A stretch of DNA of 64,000 nucleotides from positions 14,491-78,490 of the forward strand of contig DATCBD010000055.1 in assembly GCA_036512155.1 (NCBI GenBank). Direction: 5' to 3'. Below are positions 55,152 to 64,000 of the stretch, one piece after another (positions within the stretch are counted from its first letter, which is position 1; every line of letters begins with the position of its first letter). Below the pieces are notes generated by a model. That model was not told the DNA's origin. It saw only the letters and a list, made by a program, of their open reading frames with translations, and did no database searches. The translations under genes and the position numbers were made by a program. Origin of the DNA: Gaiellaceae bacterium. Lineage in GTDB: Bacteria; Actinomycetota; Thermoleophilia; Gaiellales; Gaiellaceae.

Positions 55152-56275
55152 AGACTCGGGCTCATCGGGCGCTCGTCGCCGGCTTCGTCGTGCTCGGCGC
55201 GATCGACGGCGTCTGGGTCGCGCGCCTGCCGGCGCTGAAGCACAAGCTGTCGCTCGACAGCGGCCGCCTCGGCATCGTCATCTTCGCCGTGTCGGCGGTG
55301 GCGACGTTGTCGCTGCCGCTTGCAGGATGGCTGGCCGCCCGGCGGGGAAGCCGCGGGCCGGCCGCCGTCGGGCTCATTCTCGCGTCAGGTGCGCTGGCGG
55401 GTGCCGCCTTCGTCCCGTCGTTCGCTCCGATGCTGCTCGTTGCGTGCGGGTTGGGCTCGGGAGTCGGCGTCGCCGACGTTTCGCTCAACGCCCACGGCGT
55501 CGAGCTCGAACGCCGGAGCGGGCGGCACCTGCTCTCGCCGTTGCACGCCGCGTGGAGCTTCGGGCTCCTCGGCGGCTCCGCCGTCACCGCCGTGTCGGCG
55601 GCAGTCGGAGTAGGGCTCCAGGCTGAGCTGCCCGCGGTCGCCGCCGCCCTCGTGCTCATCACACTTGTCGCGGCACCGCGGATGCTGCCCGGGACCGCAG
55701 CCGGTGTCGAGACGGCGCATCTCGCGCTCCCACGCGGCCCGCTCGCGCTTCCCGCGGTCTTGATGTTCTGCGCCTTCTTCGTCGAGTCGGCGGCGATGAG
55801 TTGGAGCGCCGTGTTCCTCAGCGGACCGGTGGGCGCCAGCGCGGCGGTCGCGGCCGGCGCCGTGGTCGCATACGCCGCCGCCATGGGCGCGGCGCGACTC
55901 TTCGGCGACCGGCTCCTCGCACGGTGGGGCTTCGGTGGGCTCGCCCAGCGCAGCGGGATGGTCACGTGCGTCGGGACGCTGCTCGCCATCCTGACGCGTT
56001 CGACCGTTCCCGCCCTCATCGGGTTCGCGCTCGTCGGCGTCGGCTGCGCGGCGATCGTCCCGGCCTTGTTCCGGATCGGCGCCGCGATGCCGGGGATCTC
56101 GCAGAGCGCCGGCGTCGCTGCGATCGCGACGGCGGGCTATACCGGCGGCTTGCTCAACGGCCCCACCATCGGTTTCGTCGCGCGGGGAGTCGGTCTCAGC
56201 GCAGCGCTCGGGTTGCTCGCGGTCGCGGGTGCCGTCATCGTCGTGCTCGGTCCGCGATTAGGGTCTCGCGCATGA
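55103..56275 (+). CDS. MFS transporter
   Basis: About 12 TM segments. The start is uncertain (ATG 55103 overlaps the thiolase by 49 nt; GTG 55190 is an alternative). Confidence 0.7.
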   Translation: MHRLRPGHRGRRGTPVETRAHRALVAGFVVLGAIDGVWVARLPALKHKLSLDSGRLGIVIFAVSAVATLSLPLAGWLAARRGSRGPAAVGLILASGALAGAAFVPSFAPMLLVACGLGSGVGVADVSLNAHGVELERRSGRHLLSPLHAAWSFGLLGGSAVTAVSAAVGVGLQAELPAVAAALVLITLVAAPRMLPGTAAGVETAHLALPRGPLALPAVLMFCAFFVESAAMSWSAVFLSGPVGASAAVAAGAVVAYAAAMGAARLFGDRLLARWGFGGLAQRSGMVTCVGTLLAILTRSTVPALIGFALVGVGCAAIVPALFRIGAAMPGISQSAGVAAIATAGYTGGLLNGPTIGFVARGVGLSAALGLLAVAGAVIVVLGPRLGSRA

Positions 56276-57099
56276 AGGTGGGCGTCGTCGGACTCGGTGC
56301 AATGGGCTCGGGCATCGCGCAGCTCTGCGTCGAGGCCGGCATCGACACGGTCGGCCGCGAGGTGACGGCCGATCTCGGCGAGCGTGCGCGCGAGCGCATC
56401 GGGCACTTCCTCACGCGCAAGGTGGAGAAGGGGCAGATCGAATCGTTCGACCTCGCGCTGCTCACGACGACGACCGAGCTCGCCGACCTCGCGGACTGCG
56501 ACCTTGTCATCGAGGCGATCGTCGAGGAGCTCGGTCCCAAGCAGGAGCTCTTCGTCGAGCTCGAGCGCATCTGCCGGCCTGACACGGTGCTCGCGACGAA
56601 CACGTCCGCGCTCTCGGTGACCGAGATCGCGTCCGCGACGCCGTCGCCGGAGCGCGTCGTCGGGATGCACTTCTTCAACCCGGCGCCGCTGATGCCGCTC
56701 GTCGAGATCGTGCGCGCCGAACTCAGCTCCGAGGCAGCGTTCGACGCTGCATACGCGCTCGGCGAGAAGCTCGGGAAGCATCCGATTCGCTGCCACGACA
56801 CGCCGGGCTTCGTGGTCAACCGCGTGCTCATCCCCCTGCTCAACGACTGCGTGCGCGTGCTCGACGAGGCGCGTGTGAGCCCCGAGGACATCGACGCCGG
56901 GATGAAGCACGGCGCCGGATGGCCGATGGGACCGTGCGAGCTGCTCGACCTCGTCGGCATCGACGTGCACGTGCACGCGAGCGAGGCGCTGTACGACAAG
57001 CTGCGCGAGCCGCGCATGGCCGCGCCGCCGCGGCTCGTCGCGATGGCGAACGCCGGTCTCTACGGCCGCAAGAGCGGGCGCGGCTTCTACACGTACTAG
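56272..57099 (+). CDS. 3-hydroxyacyl/3-hydroxybutyryl-CoA dehydrogenase
   Basis: VGVVGLGAMGSGIA, HFFNPAP, GFVVNR. ATGA overlap with the MFS gene. Confidence 0.92.
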   Translation: MKVGVVGLGAMGSGIAQLCVEAGIDTVGREVTADLGERARERIGHFLTRKVEKGQIESFDLALLTTTTELADLADCDLVIEAIVEELGPKQELFVELERICRPDTVLATNTSALSVTEIASATPSPERVVGMHFFNPAPLMPLVEIVRAELSSEAAFDAAYALGEKLGKHPIRCHDTPGFVVNRVLIPLLNDCVRVLDEARVSPEDIDAGMKHGAGWPMGPCELLDLVGIDVHVHASEALYDKLREPRMAAPPRLVAMANAGLYGRKSGRGFYTY

Positions 57100-57105
57100 G
57101 CACGC

Positions 57106-58032
57106 GTGTCCACAGGCCTCGCCGCCGTCCTCTTCGTGGTGTCGCTGGCCGCGACGTTGTACGCCGCCGCCGTGTTCGCCGAGCGGCTCGACCATCTCGG
57201 CGAGCGGCTCGGGCTTCCGGAAGGGCTGCTCGGCCTCCTGACCGCCGCGGGCGCCGACGCGCCGGAGCTTGCGACCGCGATCGCTGCGCTCGCGACCGGC
57301 GCAAAGAGCGCCGGGTTCGGCGTCGTCGTCGGCTCGAACGTCTTCAACATCGGCGCGATGATCGGCGTCAGTGCGTTGCTGTGCGGCAACGTGCGAATCC
57401 AACGTGACGCGCTTGCGCTCGAGGGCGGCGTCGCGCTCGCCGTCACGCTCGTCGTCGTCCTGCTCGTGTTCGGTGTCCTGCCGGCGTGGGCTGCGGTGAC
57501 CCTTGCGCTGCTGCTTCTGATCCCGTACGCCGCGGTTGCGCTACGCCGTGAGCTTGGCGCGCGCCGGCATCCGGAGGGTGTGGACATGCGCGCGGTGCTG
57601 CTCATCCCGCCGGCCCTCGCGATCATCGTGCTCGGCAGCATCGGAATGGTTCACACCGGCTTGCAGCTCGGACACATGGCCGGCATCCCGAACGTGCTCG
57701 TTGGCGTGCTCGTGCTCGCCGTCGTGACGAGCCTTCCGAATGCGTACACGGGAATCCGGCTCGGTTTGGCCCGGCGCGGCGCCGCGCTCGTCAGCGAGAC
57801 CATGAACTCGAACACGATCAATCTCGTGGGCGGGCTCGCGATCCCTGCGCTCTTCGTGACGGTCGCAGGCGGGAGCGGCCTCGAGCGGGCGGACGGCGTG
57901 TGGCTCCTCGCGGCGACGGCGATCGCACTCGTTTTGCTCGCGCCTCGCCGTGGCATGGGACGTGCAGGCGGCATGCTGCTCGTCGCGTCGTGGATCGCAT
58001 TCGCGGCCGTTCAAGGCATCTTCGGCAGCTGA
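57106..58032 (+). CDS. Ca2+/cation antiporter (CaCA) family protein
   Basis: Alpha-repeat motifs GSNVFNI and NSNTINL. Confidence 0.8.
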   Translation: MSTGLAAVLFVVSLAATLYAAAVFAERLDHLGERLGLPEGLLGLLTAAGADAPELATAIAALATGAKSAGFGVVVGSNVFNIGAMIGVSALLCGNVRIQRDALALEGGVALAVTLVVVLLVFGVLPAWAAVTLALLLLIPYAAVALRRELGARRHPEGVDMRAVLLIPPALAIIVLGSIGMVHTGLQLGHMAGIPNVLVGVLVLAVVTSLPNAYTGIRLGLARRGAALVSETMNSNTINLVGGLAIPALFVTVAGGSGLERADGVWLLAATAIALVLLAPRRGMGRAGGMLLVASWIAFAAVQGIFGS

Positions 58033-58098
58033 GCGCCCGTTACAGAACCTTTACGGACCGCTCAAAGGCCGGAAACGGCAGACGGAGATACTCTGATC

Positions 58099-58629
58099 GT
58101 GATGCGGCGTCTAGCCATGCTCTGCCTGCCCGTACTCGCGCTCGCGCTCCCCGCGACCGCGCTTGCGCTGCACGACGCCTCGGGCGACGGCACCCTCGTC
58201 GTCAAGAACGGCACCGCGCCTCGCGGCGTCGCCGTCGTCACGCTCGTCATCAACGGTACCGCGATCGGTCACGTCTCGACCGGGTCGCCCGATCAGGTGG
58301 ACAAGGTCGTCATCGACGACCCGAACAACACCAATGACATCGGGGCCAGCCTGACGAACGGTGCGCCGTCGCTCACGCGCACGACGGTCTCCGACACCAA
58401 GACGAGCTTCGTCGGCAGCGACTTCCGCTTCCGCGCGGCCGGCGGGGTCTACAAGGTCTGGGTGTACGGCTCGGGCGTCGACGTGTTCGCGGTCGGACAG
58501 GGCACGGTGGTGCTCCAGGGATCGCCGGACTCGAGCGGGCCTGACGGGCGCTACTCGCTCAACGGCAACGACTGGCATTCGCTGCCCGCCGTGCCGACCG
58601 ATCTGTTGAAGATCACCTCGAGCGGGTAG
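58099..58629 (+). CDS. secreted protein, unknown function
   Basis: Signal peptide MMRRLAMLCLPVLALALPATALA. Beta-rich mature part. Confidence 0.6.
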   Translation: MMRRLAMLCLPVLALALPATALALHDASGDGTLVVKNGTAPRGVAVVTLVINGTAIGHVSTGSPDQVDKVVIDDPNNTNDIGASLTNGAPSLTRTTVSDTKTSFVGSDFRFRAAGGVYKVWVYGSGVDVFAVGQGTVVLQGSPDSSGPDGRYSLNGNDWHSLPAVPTDLLKITSSG

Positions 58630-58639
58630 GGCAGCCGGC

Positions 58640-59350
58640 GTGGCCACGAAGCCGCAGACGGTGCTAGTCGTCGAGGACGAAGCGTCGATCGCGTCGTTCG
58701 TCGCCGCCTACCTGAAGAACGCGGGATACACCGTTCGCACGACGGCGAGCGGCAACGAGGCGCTGCGCCTCGTCGAGTCGGAGAAGCCGGCGCTCGTCGT
58801 CCTCGACCTCATGCTTCCCGACATCGACGGCGTCGAGGTCTGCAAGCGGATCCGGCAGCACGGCGATCTGCCGGTGCTGATGCTGACAGCGCGCGACGAG
58901 GACGTGGACAAGATCATCGGCCTCGAGGTCGGCGCCGACGACTACATGACGAAACCGTTCAACCCGCGCGAGCTCGTCGCGCGCGTGCGGGCCATCATGC
59001 GGCGCTCGACGGCGCACGGCGTCGACCGGGAGAGCGCAGTCCTCGAGCACGGCGACCTCGTCATCGATGCCGGCCGCCGCGAGGCCAAGGTCGGCGACAC
59101 CGAGATCCAGCTGGCGCCGAAGGAGTTCGACCTCCTCTGGGAGCTGCTCGACCATCGCGGGCTCGTCCTCACGCGCGACCAGCTGCTCGAACGGGTCTGG
59201 GGATACACGTTCGCGGGCGACACGCGCACGGTCGACGTGCACGTGCGCCAGCTTCGGCGCAAGCTCGGCGACGCGTCGCCGATCGTCACCGTGTGGGGCG
59301 TGGGCTACAAGGTGAGCCCGGCCCCGGCGCGCGAGACTCCGGCCGCCTAA
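58640..59350 (+). CDS. OmpR-family response regulator
   Basis: Receiver domain (VLVVEDE, DLMLPDIDG, KP) plus a winged-helix output domain (VWGY...VDVHV..LR.K). Confidence 0.92.
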   Translation: MATKPQTVLVVEDEASIASFVAAYLKNAGYTVRTTASGNEALRLVESEKPALVVLDLMLPDIDGVEVCKRIRQHGDLPVLMLTARDEDVDKIIGLEVGADDYMTKPFNPRELVARVRAIMRRSTAHGVDRESAVLEHGDLVIDAGRREAKVGDTEIQLAPKEFDLLWELLDHRGLVLTRDQLLERVWGYTFAGDTRTVDVHVRQLRRKLGDASPIVTVWGVGYKVSPAPARETPAA

Positions 59351-59371
59351 CTCCCGGAGTAATCTCGGGCC

Positions 59372-60727
59372 GTGCTCGGCTCCCTGCGCTTCCGGCTTCC
59401 GGCGTTCTTCCTGCTCGGCGTGGTCATCGCCGGCCTTGTCGCGACGGTCATCTCGATCCGCTTCTTCCAGAGCTACACGCGGACGCGCACGATCCACGAA
59501 CTGCGCTCCGAGTCGATCGGCATCGTGTCGCTGTACGCGAGCCAGGCCGGCGCGCAGGAAGTGCCCGTGGCGACGCTCCGGAAGGCGATCGGCGGCGACC
59601 GGATTTTCTACGTCCCCGTCGTTCCCGGAGCCTCGCTCTTCGCCGGGCCGCTGCCGCACCTGCCCGTCGGGACGCTGACGCGCGCGCAGCTCGCGTCCGA
59701 CCAGCCCACGACTCTCAACGTCCATGTCAGCGGCACGGCGTACCTCGCGGTCGCCGAGCCGGTGACGATCGGCAAGCAGGTCCTCGGCGCGCTCGTCGTG
59801 GCCAAGCCGGCATCGCAGCTGCGGAGCGGCTGGCTCGGTCTCCTCGAACGCCTTGCGATCGCGTTCGGCGGCGGCGTCCTCGTCGCCGGGCTCATCGGGG
59901 TGTATCTGACCCGTCGCATCGCACGTCCGTTGCTGGCGCTGTCGGCCGCGGCGGACGAGATCGCAGCGGGGGAGTACGGCGTCGAGGTGCCGCAGCCACG
60001 TGGACATGACGAGATCGCGCAACTCTCGGCGCGGTTCGCCGATATGGCGGCGAAGCTCGGGGAGGCGGAGCAGCTGTCCCGCATGTTCCTCATGTCGGTG
60101 TCGCATGAGCTTCGCACGCCGCTGACGGCGATCCGCGGTCACGTCTCTGCGCTCCGTGAGGGCGTCATCGAGGACCCGGAGGCATACAGCGCCTCGCTCG
60201 CCGTGATCGAGGAGGAGGCGATGCGCCTCGAGCGGCTCGTCGGCGACGTCCTCGACCTGGCGAAGCTCAACGCGCACCGGTTCGCCGTTCTCGAGGAAGA
60301 GGTCGACATGCGTGAGCTCTGTGAGCGCGCGTACGCGGCGTTCGGCGAGGTCGCGCGCCAGCGCGGGATCGACTACCGGCGTGACTTCACAGTCGGCCCC
60401 GTCATCGTCACCGACGGAGACCGCGTGCTCCAGGTCATCTCCAACCTGCTCTCGAACGCGTTTCGCTGGACGCCGGAAGGCGGCCGCATCTCGCTCGCGC
60501 TCGGCGCGGAGAACGGCAGTGTGTCCGTCGTGGTCTCCGACTCCGGGCCGGGGATCTCACCGGAGGAGCGGGAGCGAATCTTCCGCCCGTTCTGGTCGCG
60601 CGACGGCGGCGGGACGGGGCTCGGGCTCGCGATCGCGCGTGAGCTGGCGTTCGCGCTCGGCGGCCGCATCGACCTGCGCAGCGAGCCCGGGCTCGGTGCG
60701 CGGTTCGAGCTCATCCTGCCGCTTTAA
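59372..60727 (+). CDS. HAMP-domain sensor histidine kinase
   Basis: Two TM segments, HAMP, H-box SHELRTPLT, N box and G box (GTGLGLAI). Confidence 0.9.
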   Translation: MLGSLRFRLPAFFLLGVVIAGLVATVISIRFFQSYTRTRTIHELRSESIGIVSLYASQAGAQEVPVATLRKAIGGDRIFYVPVVPGASLFAGPLPHLPVGTLTRAQLASDQPTTLNVHVSGTAYLAVAEPVTIGKQVLGALVVAKPASQLRSGWLGLLERLAIAFGGGVLVAGLIGVYLTRRIARPLLALSAAADEIAAGEYGVEVPQPRGHDEIAQLSARFADMAAKLGEAEQLSRMFLMSVSHELRTPLTAIRGHVSALREGVIEDPEAYSASLAVIEEEAMRLERLVGDVLDLAKLNAHRFAVLEEEVDMRELCERAYAAFGEVARQRGIDYRRDFTVGPVIVTDGDRVLQVISNLLSNAFRWTPEGGRISLALGAENGSVSVVVSDSGPGISPEERERIFRPFWSRDGGGTGLGLAIARELAFALGGRIDLRSEPGLGARFELILPL

Positions 60728-61170
60728 CCCGCTTGCTGCTCGGGGCGTTCGATGCGGTACACGACCGCACTGTTGCCGGCGCGGGGCTCGAGGGCCGCTT
60801 CGATCCGTGCGAGGCGCTCGTTCGCACTCCGCCAGCCGGAGCTGATCAGGTCGACGAGGAGCGCAAGGTCGTCGACGCGCGCGTTGCGTTCGGCGAGCAG
60901 GTCGGTCTCGAGCCGCTCCATGCGCCTGATCATCTGGTTCATGAGCCCGCGCACCTCGGCGAGATGCCGCGCGCTCGGGCGGAAGTGCTCCCGCAGGCCC
61001 TCCTCGATCTGGCCGGGAAGCCCTGTCTGGAGCACGGTCGTCGCTGCGGTGAGCGACTCCACCTGGACCCGTGCGCGCTCGAGCGCCGCGTCGAGCATGG
61101 CGGGGTCCGCGCGCGACTCGCGCGCTCCCGCGATTCGCTCCAGCGCCCGCTGCACGGCAGACTCGTCCAT
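60724..61170 (-). CDS. hypothetical coiled-coil protein
   Basis: 3' end of shadow ORF 60724..61995. Start at MDESAV (61170) or MRTLTS (61194). Confidence 0.45.
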   Translation of the reverse strand: MDESAVQRALERIAGARESRADPAMLDAALERARVQVESLTAATTVLQTGLPGQIEEGLREHFRPSARHLAEVRGLMNQMIRRMERLETDLLAERNARVDDLALLVDLISSGWRSANERLARIEAALEPRAGNSAVVYRIERPEQQAG

Positions 61171-61197
61171 TGCGGACGACGTTAGCGTCCGCATCGG

Positions 61198-63568
<2,371 letters not shown>

Positions 63569-63584
63569 CCTGTTTTCTCGCGCG

Positions 63585-64000
63585 TGAGTGACCGCCGCAA
63601 GTACCTGATCCTGATGGGCGCGATCATGGCCGCCGTCGTCGGCGCGGTCCTGCTCGCTGTCCCGGGCTCCCCGATCCACAAGAAGCCGGTTCTCGGCCTC
63701 GATCTCCAGGGCGGCCTCGAGGTCGTCCTCAAGGCCGTGCCGCCGAAGGGCGTGAAGGTCGACGCCGCCGGGATGGTGACGGCCCAGGAGATCGTCCAGA
63801 GCCGGATCGACAAGCTCGGTGTCTCCTCGCCGGAGGTGCGCAGGCAGGGCAGCAACCAGATTGTGGTCGAGCTCGCCGGCGTGCACGACCCTGCGAAGGC
63901 GGCGGCGCTCATCGGCAAGACGGCGCAGCTGCAGCTGTTCGACTTCGAGGCCGACCTCACCGGTCCGTCTACGAGCTCGAGCGGTGCGCCCGTCGCCACG
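63585..64000 (+). CDS. secD: protein translocase subunit SecD (3' end outside window)
   Basis: GTG start. TM, then LGLDLQGG, IV.SRIDKLGVSSPEV, IVVELAG. Runs to the window edge. Confidence 0.88.

Overview
This is a very GC-rich chromosomal segment, roughly 70% GC by eye (not computed), with gene content and order typical of a high-GC Gram-positive genome of the Actinobacteria, Thermoleophilia or Rubrobacteria type. It is densely packed with about 75 protein genes. Many are joined by 4-nt ATGA, GTGA or TTGA start/stop overlaps.

Most of the content is housekeeping:
- Cofactor and nucleotide metabolism: pdxS and pdxT, msrA, hpt.
- DNA repair and stress response: yebC-ruvCAB, recJ, relA/spoT.
- Queuosine genes: queG, queA-tgt.
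- Secretion and metal transport: yajC-secD, mntR-mntH.
- Other metabolism: a thiolase and 3-hydroxyacyl-CoA dehydrogenase pair, several SDRs and aldehyde dehydrogenases.
- Signalling: two two-component modules.

I saw no rRNA, CRISPR array, transposase or integrase. There is one tRNA, with a CAT anticodon.

The observations most worth a second look are:
1. A translationally coupled operon that looks like the archaeal cyclic 2,3-diphosphoglycerate (cDPG) extremolyte pathway (cDPG synthetase-like, then 2-phosphoglycerate kinase-like, then GlpX). An archaeal-type metallophosphoesterase sits just upstream.
2. A variant System I cytochrome c maturation module. Its CcmE carries CxxxY instead of HxxxY, and there is no CcmH.
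3. A 43-bp perfect direct repeat of the tRNA 3' half. It brackets a 0.93-kb integrase-less islet with an FkbM methyltransferase and abuts a truncated SDR gene.
4. Two large, highly structured non-coding elements: a 164-bp nested inverted repeat upstream of relA, and a hairpin-dense region of about 0.5 kb upstream of a fused PafBC-like WYL regulator.
5. Genes (hpt, the pafBC-like gene, and possibly ccmF) whose homology extends upstream of any ATG, GTG or TTG codon. This implies non-canonical start codons.

All functional calls rest on my recognition of motifs in the supplied translations. No database search was run.
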